A stretch of 64,000 bases of DNA from Candidatus Oxydemutator sp. (GTDB lineage: Bacteria > Pseudomonadota > Gammaproteobacteria > Poriferisulfidales > Oxydemutatoraceae). The notes under the pieces are model-generated. The model saw only the letters and a program-made list of their open reading frames with translations, was not told the origin of the DNA and ran no database searches. Below, in pieces: positions 31,128 to 44,200 of this stretch; position 1 is the stretch's first letter; every line of letters begins with the position of its first letter. The translations under genes and the position numbers were made by a program. Location of the stretch: the NCBI GenBank assembly GCA_965203445.1, contig OZ241883.1:2193843-2257842 (forward strand), given 5' to 3'.

Positions 31128-31577
31128 ATGAAAAAAACGAAAGAAATTTGCGCAGTATTGCTCAGCTCGATACTGCTATCCGCCTGTATGAGCGCCGCTC
31201 AACATAAAGAAGCGGTCCAGGACGACTCCGCCGATCGAATGACTGTCGGGAAGGTCCAAAAAGAAATACGGGTAGGAATGACCGGGGCAGACGTTGCCAC
31301 AGTCCTGGGATCCCCCAATATCGTAACCACCGATGAAAAAAGAAACGAAGTATGGATATACGACAAAATTGCCACCGATACCGCCTATTCAAAAAGCAAA
31401 GGAGGAATTCTCGCGTTGATTTTGGGTGGTCGCTCTTCAGTCGGGGCCGGAGTAGGTGGAGGAGTCAGCCGCTCTGCTGGAGCAGACAGCAAATCGCAAA
31501 GGACGTTAACTGTAGTTATCAAATTTGATGATAAAGGAAAAGTAAAAGACTTTGCCTACCACACGTCGCGATTCTAA
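31128..31577 (+). CDS. BamE/SmpA_OmlA-like lipoprotein
   Basis: Signal peptide with lipobox LSAC. The TVGKVQKEIRVGMTGADVATVLGSPN segment resembles the BamE fold. Sits in a lower-GC segment. Confidence 0.6.
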   Translation: MKKTKEICAVLLSSILLSACMSAAQHKEAVQDDSADRMTVGKVQKEIRVGMTGADVATVLGSPNIVTTDEKRNEVWIYDKIATDTAYSKSKGGILALILGGRSSVGAGVGGGVSRSAGADSKSQRTLTVVIKFDDKGKVKDFAYHTSRF

Positions 31578-31595
31578 GAAAACGCAAATCAGTCA

Positions 31596-32147
31596 ATGAA
31601 GACATTGATAAAAAACTCATCCTGCCGCTCCACAGCACTGTTCTTGTGCCTGATTACAGCTGGGTGCGCACCGCAAATACCCGAAGACGCCCTGCAACTC
31701 TCACCGGAAACTTTGGAGCAAAGAACTCTCCAGACAAGAAAATACGAAGGCATTTCCGAAAAAAAACTGTTGGCCGCCTCTACAGGCATCATACAAGACT
31801 TAGGATTTAATCTCGACGAAAGCGAAACAAGTCTAGGCATCGTGGTCGGCTCAAAAGAGAGGGACGCCACCGAGGCCGGTCAGATAATCCTTTCTGTCCT
31901 TCTCGCGTCACTCACTGGATCGGTAACGCCCGTTGACAAGGAACAAAAAATACGAGTGGCCCTAGTAATCAGGCCAGCAACTAAAGACGATGACAAAAAC
32001 CATTTCGTTAGGATCTCTTTTCAGAGGATTGTCTGGAACACCCAGGGGGATATAAGCAAAGTCGAAAGCATCAATGATCCAGAGATATATCAGAAGTTTT
32101 TTAGCAGTCTATCCAAATCCGTTTTCCTGGAGGCACAAGAAATATGA
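31596..32147 (+). CDS. Lipoprotein, unknown family, paralog A
   Basis: Lipobox ITAGC. Shares the blocks LQTRxxxxxxExKLLxAxxGIIQDLGF and DPxxYQxFFxxLxKSxFL with the next gene. Confidence 0.6.
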   Translation: MKTLIKNSSCRSTALFLCLITAGCAPQIPEDALQLSPETLEQRTLQTRKYEGISEKKLLAASTGIIQDLGFNLDESETSLGIVVGSKERDATEAGQIILSVLLASLTGSVTPVDKEQKIRVALVIRPATKDDDKNHFVRISFQRIVWNTQGDISKVESINDPEIYQKFFSSLSKSVFLEAQEI

Positions 32148-32569
32148 AACGATCAATGATCGCGCTGGTTTCGGTCGCTGTATGTTTTCTGGCGACAAGT
32201 TGCCAAATGTCTTCGAAACAGCAGATTTTAGCGACGTCGCAAAGTCAAGTCAGCCTGCGCAGTATCCAAACACGGGCATTTGATACGACGGAAAAAAATA
32301 AGACTCTGCGGACCGTCATAGCGACCCTGCAAGATTTGGGTTTCATAGTGGACAAAGCCGACGAAACTCTTGGCACTGTCAGCGCGACAAAATTAGACGG
32401 CTATCAACTCAGAATGACCGTCACGGTCCGCCCTAGAGGGAAAACGCAATTACTGGTCAGAGCGAGCGCTCAGTATCAAAACACGGCGGTGGATGACCCT
32501 CAACCCTATCAGGATTTTTTCACTGCTCTTGGAAAATCAATGTTCCTGACTGCACATTCAGTAGAGTGA
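32144..32569 (+). CDS. Lipoprotein, unknown family, paralog B
   Basis: Lipobox LATSC. ATGA start/stop overlap with paralog A. Same conserved blocks. Confidence 0.6.
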   Translation: MKRSMIALVSVAVCFLATSCQMSSKQQILATSQSQVSLRSIQTRAFDTTEKNKTLRTVIATLQDLGFIVDKADETLGTVSATKLDGYQLRMTVTVRPRGKTQLLVRASAQYQNTAVDDPQPYQDFFTALGKSMFLTAHSVE

Positions 32570-32715
32570 CAGCCTTCCCGACCAAATAGATCACGATACA
32601 CCCCGCCCGCAAACAAGTCTGAAACTCTGGCAACCGGCTATAAAAATAAACTGAGCTTCATGCTGATTGACTTGTCGCCACCCTCTCCTTTACACTTTCA
32701 GTCTGCTCCTTGCGT

Positions 32716-32791
32716 TCCCCGATAGCTCAGTTGGTAGAGCGGGTGACTGTTAATCACTAGGTCGGCGGTTCGAGCCCGTCTCGGGGAGCCA
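32716..32791 (+). tRNA. tRNA-Asn (GTT)
   Basis: 76 nt. Acceptor TCCCCGA/TCGGGGA, anticodon loop CTGTTAA, T-loop GGTTCGAGCC, terminal GCCA. Confidence 0.9.
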
Positions 32792-32865
32792 GATTGGCGA
32801 AAGCGCACGCTTTGCCCTCAGGCCGATACATCGGCACCCGTGTAAGAACACGGCGACGACAAAAA

Positions 32866-33759
32866 ATGACCGACGTGAAACCACTCCCTAAGATAAAAGA
32901 ACTTCTGTTCCCGACACTGAAGGCCATCAAAAAAGAAGGTGGTTCTGCGACCAAATCAGAGTTGGAGAAAACCGTTCCCGAGATTGCCGGAATCAGCGAA
33001 GCACAACTCGAAGTAAAGTTTCCGCAAGGATCTGCACATGAGGGACGCCCCAAGATTCTTTACAAGATCGGGTGGGTCCTTACGCAACTCAAAAAGTTGG
33101 AGGCGGTAAACAACAGCGAACGCGGGGTCTGGTCGGCCACTTCCACGGGACTCGAATACCTGGCAGATGAGAATAAACTGATAAAAGACTACAAGGCATT
33201 AAAAACTAAGCGGAACAAGTTGTATAAGTTAAGAAAAAACCAGATTGGACAGACAGAAGATCAAGAAGACAACATAGAAGACGACGAGGCGGAAGATGGC
33301 TGGAAGAACAGCCTGCTGAAGACACTGAAGAACATAGCCCCGGATGCATTCGAGCGCCTCACGATGCGCATCCTCAAAGAGGCCGGGTTTCGCAACGTCG
33401 AGGTCCTGGGCAAGTCGGGCGATCAGGGCATAGATGGCGTCGGCACGTATAAGGTGTCATTGGTGAGCTTCCCGACGTACTTTCAGTGCAAGCGCTATTT
33501 CGGCAGCGTCTCCGCCGGCGCCGTCAGAGACTTTCGCGGCGCCATGGCCGGCCGAGGCGACAAAGGCATACTCATCACCACCGGGACCTTCACCTCCTCT
33601 GCAAGGTCGGAAGCAAACAAACCCGGCGCGCCACCCATAGACCTGATTGACGGCGACGAATTGTGCGATCTGCTGGTCGAATACGAAATCGGAGTTCGCG
33701 TAGAACAACGAACCGTCAAGGACATCACCGTCGACAAAGGCTTTTTCGAGAGCGTCTGA
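32866..33759 (+). CDS. mrr: Mrr-family Type IV restriction endonuclease (Mrr_N winged helix plus Mrr_cat PD-(D/E)xK)
   Basis: Catalytic core GDQGIDGVG ... QCKRY ... ILITTGTFTS. Begins 75 nt after the tRNA-Asn 3' end. Confidence 0.8.
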   Translation: MTDVKPLPKIKELLFPTLKAIKKEGGSATKSELEKTVPEIAGISEAQLEVKFPQGSAHEGRPKILYKIGWVLTQLKKLEAVNNSERGVWSATSTGLEYLADENKLIKDYKALKTKRNKLYKLRKNQIGQTEDQEDNIEDDEAEDGWKNSLLKTLKNIAPDAFERLTMRILKEAGFRNVEVLGKSGDQGIDGVGTYKVSLVSFPTYFQCKRYFGSVSAGAVRDFRGAMAGRGDKGILITTGTFTSSARSEANKPGAPPIDLIDGDELCDLLVEYEIGVRVEQRTVKDITVDKGFFESV

Positions 33760-34023
33760 AGAGCATTTGCAAAGAACAAACGGCCTTTTATTTGGCGAGT
33801 ACCCTGCAAGAAACATTCTACGGAAATAGAATAGAAATTCTCCCAATGTCAGCGGGACTAATACTAATGTAGGGGGAAGGTCAGTCAAACTGAATTGCAA
33901 TTAAGGTCCGCACGAACGGGTACTGGTGTTTTAACTGTAAATAGGCGCTGAGAAGCACTTCGCCGACTCAATAGTTGACTAGGCACTTATAGCACCGAAC
34001 ATAGCCCAAGTACAAAATCTATT

Positions 34024-34497
34024 TCAGCTCTGCTCGTTATCAACAACCAGAACAGGGTCCGACTCCGTTTCCATTTTAATTTTTGACTTCTCACGCTGTT
34101 TCGTTGCTTTTGCCACTTGCTTTATGCGCTTTTTAGCTTCGTCGCTTTCAATCAAATCGCGTTTGATAACTTCATCAGCTATCATTTCCTTGATTTCATC
34201 CGCTCCAACCTTCAAGCCCGCCTTTATTTTTCGGACTTCTCTTCGGATTATATTTATCACCGGTTCCGTCAATAAAACTGCGCCGACGGTATAACGGTTT
34301 ACTGATTGCCTATATTCATAAAACTCAGTTATTACATCTTTTGCCACACCACGTTTGCACAACAGAAAAAGCATTTGCTGATGGTCGCCATTTTTCGGAT
34401 TTAACTCAAGAAAATCAAAAGCAAGCAGCTTTTTGCTCTGTACTTTTCCATCGCAATCAACCCTATGGATTTCCCAGTTTATTCCATTCGTCAACAT
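34024..34497 (-). CDS. Hypothetical protein in an AT-rich context, possibly a remnant of a restriction-enzyme N-terminal (HsdR_N-like) domain
   Basis: 157 aa with its own GGAGG SD. The TNGINWEIH segment resembles the C-terminal motif of HSDR_N domains. K/E-rich tail. Confidence 0.35.
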   Translation of the reverse strand: MLTNGINWEIHRVDCDGKVQSKKLLAFDFLELNPKNGDHQQMLFLLCKRGVAKDVITEFYEYRQSVNRYTVGAVLLTEPVINIIRREVRKIKAGLKVGADEIKEMIADEVIKRDLIESDEAKKRIKQVAKATKQREKSKIKMETESDPVLVVDNEQS

Positions 34498-34681
34498 CGC
34501 CCATTTAATTCCTCCCTTAGGCGCTTGACAGTTGTTGCGGGGACATTAGTGTTGGCCATAGTTCCTCCAATCCATAATTTTGTTTATGCCAAAAAGCCAC
34601 TTCCCAAGAGAAGCTTTTGGCTTCCATTGAAATGAATACTCTCCTGACATCTCTTACTATGACCAGAGTCACAGTCGTCGG

Positions 34682-34935
34682 GAGAAATTCCATTCTATCA
34701 GGCTGTCGTCTCCCAAAGCGTCTGCGACGGCACGGCATACAGTCTGTCGCCGAAAGGCAGGAGCCTCTCGCCGTTATACACCAGCACCCCGCCCGCGAAA
34801 CGTTCGCCCGTTGCGTCCCTGAGTTTGCGCAGTCCGCGAAAGTCGGACTTTGTGACTGTGGCAGACGTCTTCACCTCCACCCCCGCCAAGCCGTCGCGCC
34901 GCGCTCTATCACGATGTCCACTTCCGTACCGCCCC
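34682..34935. repeat. Left copy of an approximately 254-bp direct repeat that flanks the giant-protein gene
   Basis: About 88-90% identical to 47544-47797. Contains the 3' end of a DUF4143-ATPase coding sequence. Confidence 0.8.
34698..34889 (-). pseudogene. C-terminal fragment (63 aa) of a DUF4143 AAA-ATPase, duplicate of the 3' end of the gene at 47560-48804
   Basis: GVEVKTSATVTKSDFRGLRKLRDATGERFAGGVLVYNGERLLPFGDRLYAVP here versus GVEVKASATLKKSDFRGLRKLRDATGERFAGGVLVYNGERPLPFGDRLYAVP in the full-length gene. Confidence 0.75.
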
Positions 34936-35214
34936 TGTCCCCATCCGCCATCCGGCGGCGACGGCCTTGCACCAAGCCGGCGACGGCGTCAACCAAGCCA
35001 TGGCCGGCGACGCCAACCAGGCCACAACTTCCCCCCATACCATCCCGCCCCTCTCTCTATAATGCCGCCATGCCGCTGAACAAAGCGGATACGCGGGCCA
35101 AGCTGATTGACCCCGCCCTGCACCGGAAAAGACTACGACCGGGCGATTGGACGCGAACCCGGTGATGCGGACGCCCTACTACAACCGCGGAATTGCCAAA
35201 GCCAAGCGGGGCGA

Positions 35215-38200
35215 CTAACGGACGGCGCAGGCGAGGGGCAGAGTGTTTCCGATCTTATTCAGAATGATATAACGGCGGTCCGCCGAGAGCACCTCGCCGT
35301 CAAAGTCCAAATCGGCGTCTATCGCGTAGCCGTTGCCGGAGACCGCCCGGTAGTGCCGCCTGCCTATAGTCTCAAGGTTGCTCGCCCGGATCGCGGCCTC
35401 GTCGTCGGCGTCCACGTCATTGTCACCGTCGGTATCCCCGGCAAACATCGCATAGCGACCGCCGGCCAACGGCGCCTGGCAGTTCTGGTGCGACGGCTGG
35501 AGCCGGAAGTCCACGCAATAATCGGCACCGGCGCCGGCGTCGCAGGCGACGGCCGTGGCCGTCGCCATCACCGACAAATGATTGCGGTGGTGGATCAGCA
35601 CGTACAAATCCTCGCTCGCGCTATCTATGCCTGCGCCAAAAAGCACACCCTCGGTTCGCAGCGCGTCACCATTCAGGCCGTCCACGCCGACTATCGTGCC
35701 GTCGCCCAACAACAACGCCGCCTGGCGCGCCAACGGTGTGACGGCGGCCGCGGCGCCGGCGTGTCGCGGCGTCTTTCTCAACTCCACCAGTACCCAATCC
35801 ACGACCGTGTCGGTAACGCCGGACAAGCCGAAATCACCGGCACTCATCCCCGGCACCGTTATCTGCGGCGCGTTCCACGGCGCCGTCCCGTAGGGCGAAC
35901 TCGCCGGCAGATACTCGATCAACCGGGTTCTCATGCGATCGCCGCCGGCGTACGCGCCCTGCAAATATACGTGCGCGGACACCACGGAAATCCTGTCGCG
36001 TATGCCGACCTGCGACGCCGCCGGCACTCCTATTTCCGCGAACAGGCCGCAATTCCGGCAGCCCGTCAGCCGCAAACGAAACTGCTCGCCGCTTTCACCC
36101 GGCGTATCGTCGCCAGCCACCCGCACCGATACTCTCGCGATATCGCCGACGCCCACCGTTACGCTCCCGGTAACCGGCAGCGCGACCACCCGCACACTGG
36201 TAACGCCGCCGCGATCCATTGCGGTCACGCTCTGCAAGTCGGCGGGCGTCAAACCTTCGGAGACGGCGGTAATCTCATATTCCACGGTCACGGCGCCATC
36301 GCCGGCACCGACGCCCACCAGCCTCACCATAAACGTCGCAGTAGCACCCTCGTCCACCGTAGCGGACGCCGCCGCCACCGTCACTCGGAGATCTCCATTG
36401 GCCGCTATCGTCGTTTGCACGACGGAACCTCGACCCAAACTCGCGTTGTCGGCGTTCCCGCTAAGCACCGCGTCGCCCAACGACACCTCGAAAACCTCCT
36501 CCGGTTCGGAGAAACCGTCCACGGCCACCGCCAACGAGAACGACGCGCTGCTGCGACCCGGTGCGATGACCACGTTTCCTCTGGTCGTGTCGTCAAAGTC
36601 ATCGGCACCGACCACACCGCCGTCCACCGCCCAACTCCAACTCGCGGTCACGCCCAACGGCAACGCCCGCTCCAAACTCACCACGTAGCTCGCCCTCTCC
36701 CCTTCCGACACGGCCCTGCTCCCATCTAATACAGGCGTCAGACTTATCCTCGTTTGACTCGAATACTGCGCTTGTACGGTGGCTGTGGTTCGGCCCTGGC
36801 GCAATACCGGATATTGGAACGGACTGCCAAAGTCCCACGGCGCGTCGTCGTTCAAGTCGCGGTCGCCGCCCTGATCCACGCCGTCCACGTTCAACTTGTC
36901 CCAACCAGCGTAGATGCCCATAGCCGTCGTCGGGCCGCGCAACTCGGCTGACGTCCTGGACGACCGATACGGCAGCGACGCGCCTGAACCGCAACATGAC
37001 GATAGCCCGCTGCGCTCCGTGTCGAAGTAGCTTGACTGGATCTCGCCGCCGTCGGCACGCCATCCCGCCAACCCCCCCGTCACGCCGCCGCGCGCCGAAG
37101 GCTTCCCGATAGAGTAACTCGCGCTCACGACACCAGAATCGGCCAGAGCGCTCACCAAGCCCCCGGATAGGGCTTCGTCGCTGTTGTACTTCGCGTGCGC
37201 TTCTACGTTCGCGTAGCAGGCTATCACCGCTCCTTCATTCGTACCCACCAACCCGCCCGCGCCATAACCGGTTTTCACGCTGCCACCCACCACGTAGCTC
37301 GCCGCTATCCTGCCTTTGTTGATACCCGCCAACGCGCCCGCAACCACGGAGCGATCCGTCAAGTCCACCTCCACGTCCCTGAGGCCCGTGTTGCGGATCA
37401 TCCCCCCGGCACCCAAGATGCCGAACAAGCCCACGTTATCCAATCTCGACCCCAAAACGATTCTCATGCCGCTTATCACAAAACCGTTGCCCTCGAACGT
37501 CCCCGTGTATTCGTCGCCGGCGCCGTTGCCTCTGTTGGCAACGCCACCGCCCAACGGCTGCCACTCCACACCCGACAAATCCAGGTCATTCGACAATTCG
37601 TAGCCCCTGCAATCGCCCGCACACGTCTCGGCCTCGTCGAAAAACGAAAATGCCTCCTCGTAAGCAGCCTCGCCTTCATCATCCACGCCGCGCAAACCTT
37701 CGCCGCCCAAGTCATGGCGGATCGCCGCCAACTGCGACGTCGTCGCAACGTTTATCAGATTATTGCCGTCGGCGTCGTAATTTCTCCCATTCGAGGCGAT
37801 GACGCTGACGACCGCGGAACTGGCGACACCCAAATGCACGTTGTCCGGGCCTCGCAAATCGCTTAGCCTCACTCGATACGTCTCTCTCCGCTCCAGCGTC
37901 CCGTCCTGCGCTATCCGGATACTGAAAACCGCGCTGTTGGTATTGACCAGGGTTACCGTCCCTCTCGTCGAACTGGCAAAATCGGACGCCTCGGCGTGGC
38001 CGGCGCCGGAGCCGGTCAATTCCACCGACCAACTCATCGTCACCACGACGCTGCCGCCGGCATCCAATTCCACCGCGTACCTTACCGTCGAACCTTCCGC
38101 TGCCACAGCGTCGCTTCGCTGCGACAGCGTCACCGATATCGGCGACAGCAAGCGCCGCTGCACACCGGCAGCGGTGGTGTTGCCGTCGGGATAACGCGCG

Positions 38201-41200
38201 CTCACGCCGCGCAACACCGGATACTCCAAATCGCTCCCGAAATCCCACGGGCCGTCATCGTTCAACGTCACAACGCCCATGGCCGTGCTCGCCGCGTCGT
38301 CCACGTTCAACTCGTCCCAACCGGTATAGATGCCGACCGCCGTGGTCGGAATCCTCAACTGGGCGGACGTCCTCGACGTATCCGCGTCAAACGACGGCAT
38401 GTCCTGGCCGCAGCATGAAGCCTGCCCGCTGCGCACCCTGTCAAAGTAGCTTGCCTGAACGTCATATCTGACGGCGTCGGGCTCATTACGCCCCCCCCCC
38501 AACAAGCCACCCCTTAAGATGCTTCCGCCGTATTCTCCCCCTGTCACCATACCAATGGAGTAACTGGCGCTCACCACCGAACCTATACCGGCTTCGCCTA
38601 TCAAACCACCCGATCTGTGCACAATCGCATGCACTTCCACGTCCGCGTAACTCGCTATTACCGTGCCACTATTGATACCCACCAGACCGCCCGCCGAAAA
38701 GACGCCTCCTACGCTGCCGCCTATCACCCAACTCGCCGCCACTTTGCCGTGGTTACGACCCACCAAGGCGCCCGTATAATAACTGCCGCCCCACACTCTT
38801 ACGCTCACGTCCCTAAGACCCACGTTGCGGATTGTGCCGACGTCGCTTGTGCCACCAAACAACCCCGCGTGATGCAACCGTGACGACGGCCTGTGAATAC
38901 GCAATTTGCTTATGACGTGGCCGTTGCCTTCAAAAACAGCGGTGTAATACGCTATCGGATCGCCGCCCCCTATCGGCGTCCAGTTCTCTATGCCCGACAA
39001 GTCCAGGTCGTTCAACAATTCGTAGCCCTTGCAATCGCCCGCACACGTCGCGACCTCGTCGAAAAACGGAAACGCCTCTTCGTAAGCAGCCCTGTCTTCA
39101 TCATCCACGCCGCGCAAACCTTCGCCGCCCAAGTCATGGCGGATCGCCGCCAACTGCGACGTCGTCGAAACGTCTATCAGATTATTGCCGTCGGCGTCGT
39201 AATTTCTCCCATCCGGGGCGATGACGCTGACGACCGCGGAACTGGCGACACCCAAATGCACGTTGTCCGGGCCTCGCAAATCGCTTAACCTCACTCGATA
39301 CGTCTCTCTCCGATCCGGCGTCCCGTCCTGCGCTATCCGTATACTGAAAACCGCGCTGTCGGTATTGACCAGGGCCACCGTCCCTCTCGTCGAATCGGCA
39401 AAATCGGACGCCTCGGCGTGGCCGGCGCCGGAACCGGTCAATTCCACCGACCAACTCATCGTCACCACGACGCTGCCGACGGCATCCAATTCCACCACGT
39501 ACCTTACCGTCGAACCTTCCGCTACCACAGCGTCGCTTCGCTGCGACAGCGTCACCGATACCGGCGGCAGCAAGCGCCGCTGCACGCCGGCAGCGGTGGT
39601 GTTGCCACCGGGATAACGCGCGCTCACGCCACGCAACGCCGGATACTCCAAATCGCTCCCGAAATCCCACGGGCTGTCATCGTTCAACGTCACAACGCCC
39701 ATGGCCGTGCTCGCCGCGTCGTCCACGTTCAACTTGTCCCAACCGCTATAGATGCCGACCGCCGTGGTCGGAGCCCTCAACTGGGCGGACGTCCTCGACG
39801 TATCCGCGTCATACGACGGCACGTTCTGGCCGCAGCACGAAGTCTGCCCGCTGCGCACCCTGTCAAAGTAGCTTGCCTGAACGTCATATTTGTCGGCGTC
39901 GGTTTCATTACGCCCCCCCAACAAGCCGCCCCGTAAGGTGCTTCCATCGTATGTCCCCCCTGTCACCATACCAATGGAGTAACTGGCGCTCACCACCGAA
40001 CCTATACCGGCTTCGCCTATCAGACCACCCGATCCGTGTTCATCCGCATGCACTTCCACGTCCGCGTAACTCGCTATTACCGTGCCATAATTGGCACCCG
40101 CCAAACCGCCCGCCGACCAGACACCTTCTACGCTGCCGCCTACCACGTAACTCGCCGCCACTTTGCCGTGGTTACGGCCCACCAAGGCGCCCGTATAAAA
40201 ACTGCCGCCCCCCACTCTTACGTTCACGTCCCTAAGACCCACGTTGCGGATTGTGCCGACGTCGCTTGTGCCACCAAACAACCCCGCGTGATGCAACCGT
40301 GACGACGGCCTGTGAATACGCAATTTGCTTATGACGTGACCGTTGCCTTCAAAAACAGCGGTGTAATACGCTATCGGATCGCCCCCCCCTATCGGCGTCC
40401 AGTTCTCTATGCCCGACAAATCTACGTCGTTCAACAATTCGTAGCCCTTGCAACCGCCCGCACACGTCGCGACCTCGTCGAAAAACGGAAACGCCTCTTC
40501 GTAAGCAGCCCTGTCTTCATCATCCACGCCACGCAAACCTTCGCCGCCCAAGTCATGGCGGATCGCCGCCAACTGCGACGTCGTCGAAACGTCTATCAGA
40601 TTATTGCCGTCGGCGTCGTAATTTCTCCCATCCGGGGCGATGACGCTGACGACCGCGGAACTGGCGACATCCAAACGCACGTTGTCCGGACCTCGCAAAT
40701 CGCTTAGCCTCACTCGATACGTCTCTCTCCGATCCGGCGTCCCGTCCCGCGCTATCCGTATACTGAAAACCGCGCTGTCGGTATTGACCAGGGCCACCGT
40801 CCCTCTCGTCGAATCGGCAAAATCGGACGCCTCGGCGTGGCCGACGCCGGAACCGGTCAATTCCACCGACCAACTCATCGTCACCACGGCGCTGACGCCG
40901 GCATCCCATTCCACCGCGTACCTTACCGTCGAACCTTCCGCTACCACAGCGTCGCCTCGCTGCGACAACGCCACCAATACCGGCGACTGCAAGCGCCACT
41001 GCACGCCGGTAGCGGTGGTGTTGCCGTGGGGATAGCGCGCGCTCACGCCACGCAACACCGGATATTGGAACGGACTGCCAAAATCCCACGGGCTGTCATC
41101 GTTCAACGTCACAACGCCCATAGCCGTGCTCGCCACGCCGTCCACGTTCAACTTGTCCCAACCATCGTAGATGCCCGTCGCCGTGGTCGGCTCGCGCAAC

Positions 41201-44200
41201 TTCCCCACACTCCTGGCCGGCGACCCCGGCACACCCACGCCACCCCCGCCCCAACCGCCGACGTCGCCGGCATAGTAACTGCTCTGGATCACGTCATGTC
41301 TATGTCTATCACCGCTTCCCTCGTTGAAACCTACCACACCGCCAACTCTCGTTGCAGCCGGACTGTAGGGCAGCCGCTTCAACCGGGAGCGCGCATAACT
41401 CGCTATGATCCTGCCGCCACGGTTCCAACCCACCAGACCACCAGCCCGATCTCTTCGCACTGCCACGGTCACGTCGGCGTAAGAAGCGACGATCTCCTCT
41501 CTATTCTCATTCCTCTCATTCCTGCCCGTCAGACCGCCTACACCATAAAAGCCCCTCACCATACCGCCCACCACGTAGCTCGCCGCCACCTGGCCGAAGT
41601 TGGCACCCACCAGCGCACCCACCCAGAAGCTGATCGACTCGGCCACGTCGACGTTCACGTTCACCAGACCCACGTTGCGGACGACACCGTCGGAACCCAG
41701 AACACCGAACAAACCCACGGAATTCAAGTTCCTGACCGTACTCGACAAATGCAAACGTTCGATGACGTGGCCGTTACCCTCAAAGACCGCGTTGTAGCGA
41801 TTCCCGGGCGGATTGGCAAACGGGCCGAGTACGCGCCCGCCCCCTATCGGCGTCCAGTTGACGCCGGACAGGTCTATGTCGTTCAACAGTTCATAACCTT
41901 TGCAAGTGCCGGGACAACCCATGCCCTGCACGGCGTCGGGAAACGCAGCGCCATAGGCGGCGGCGGCGGCGTTGCCGGCGCCCGCCAGATCGTGGGCGAT
42001 GGCCTGCAACTGCGTCGAGGTCTCGACGTCTATCAAATTGTTGTCATTCACGTCATAGTCGACGCCCCCAGGATGCACTTCCGCGGTGGCTGTGGTTCGG
42101 CCCTGGCGCAATACCGGATATTGGAACGGACTGCCAAAGTCCCACGGCGCGTCGTCGTTCAAGTCGCGGTCGCCGCCCTGATCCACGCCGTCCACGTTCA
42201 ACTTGTCCCAACCAGCGTAGATGCCCATAGCTGTCGTCGGGCCGCGCAACTCGGCCGACGTCCTGGACGACCGATACGGCAGCGACGCGCCTGAACCGCA
42301 ACATGACGATAGCCCGCTGCGCTCCGTGTCGAAGTAGCTTGACTGGATCTCGCCGCCGTCGGCACGCCATCCCGCCAACCCCCCCGTCACGCCGCCGCGC
42401 GCCGAAGGCTTCCCGATAGAGTAACTCGCGCTCACGACACCAGAATCGGCCAGAGCGCTCACCAAGCCCCCGGATAGGGCTTCGTCGCTGTTGTACTTCG
42501 CGTGCGCTTCTACGTTCGCGTAGCAGGCTATCACCGCTCCTTCATTCGTACCCACCAACCCGCCCGCGCCATAACCGGTTTTCACGCTGCCACCCACCAC
42601 GTAGCTCGCCGCTATCCTGCCTTTGTTGATACCCGCCAACGCGCCCGCAACCACGGAGCGATCCGTCAAGTCCACCTCCACGTCCCTGAGGCCCGTGTTG
42701 CGGATCATCCCCCCGGCACCCAAGATGCCGAACAAGCCCACGTTATCCAATCTCGACCCCAAAACGATTCTCATGCCGCTTATCACAAAACCGTTGCCCT
42801 CGAACGTCCCCGTGTATTCGTCGCCGGCGCCGTTGCCTCTGTTGGCAACGCCACCGCCCAACGGCTGCCACTCCACACCCGACAAATCCAGGTCATTCGA
42901 CAATTCGTAGCCCCTGCAATCGCCCGCACACGTCTCGGCCTCGTCGAAAAACGAAAATGCCTCCTCGTAAGCAGCCTCGCCTTCATCATCCACGCCGCGC
43001 AAACCTTCGCCGCCCAAGTCATGGCGGATCGCCGCCAACTGCGACGTCGTCGCAACGTTTATCAGATTATTGCCGTCGGCGTCGTAATTTCTCCCATTCG
43101 AGGCGATGACGCTGACGACCGCGGAACTGGCGACACCCAAATGCACGTTGTCCGGGCCTCGCAAATCGCTTAGCCTCACTCGATACGTCTCTCTCCGCTC
43201 CGGCGTCCCGTCCTGCGCTATCCGTATACTGAAAACCGCGCTGTTGGTATTGACCAGGGCTACCGTCCCTCTCGTCGAACTGGCAAAATCGGACGCCTCG
43301 GCGTGGCCGGCGCCGGAGCCGGTCAATTCCACCGACCAACTCATCGTCACCACGACGCTGCCGCCGGCATCCAATTCCACCGCGTACCTTACCGTCGAAC
43401 CTTCCGCTGCCACAGCGTCGCTTCGCTGCGACAGCGTCACCGATATCGGCGACAGCAAGCGCCGCTGCACACCGGCAGCGGTGGTGTTGCCGTCGGGATA
43501 ACGCGCACTCACGCCGCGCAACACCGGATACTCCAAATCGCTCCCGAAATCCCACGGGCCGTCATCGTTCAACGTCACAACGCCCATGGCCGTGCTCGCC
43601 GCGTCGTCCACGTTCAACTTGTCCCAACCGGTATAGATGCCGACCGCCGTGGTCGGAATCCTCAACTGGGCGGACGTCCTCGACGTATCCGCGTCATACG
43701 ACGGCATGTCCTGGCCGCAGCATGAAGCCTGCCCGCTGCGCACCCTGTCAAAGTAGCTTGCCTGAACGTCATATCTGACGGCGTCGGGTTCATTACGCCC
43801 CCCCCCCAACAAGCCACCCCTTAAGATGCTTCCGCCGTATTCTCCCCCTGTCACCATACCAATGGAGTAACTGGCGCTCACCACCGAACCTATACCGGCT
43901 TCGCCTATCAAACCACCCGATCTGTGCACAATCGCATGCACTTCCACGTCCGCGTAACTCGCTATTACCGTGCCACTATTGATACCCACCAGACCGCCCG
44001 CCGACCAGACCCCTCCTACGCTGCCGCCTATCACCCAACTCGCCGCCACTTTGCCGTGGTTACGACCCACCAAGGCGCCCGTATAAATACTGCTGCCCCA
44101 CACTCTTACGCTCACGTCCCTTAGGCCCACGTTGCGGATTGTGCCGACGTCGCTTGTGCCACCAAACAACCCCGCGTGATGCAACCGTGACGACGGCCTG

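Noticed and set aside
32792-34023. An integrase or recombinase and an attR repeat expected for a tRNA-Asn-integrated island
   Set aside because: No tyrosine-recombinase-like ORF is present, and I could find no copy of the tRNA 3' end by eye. The island therefore appears to be decayed.
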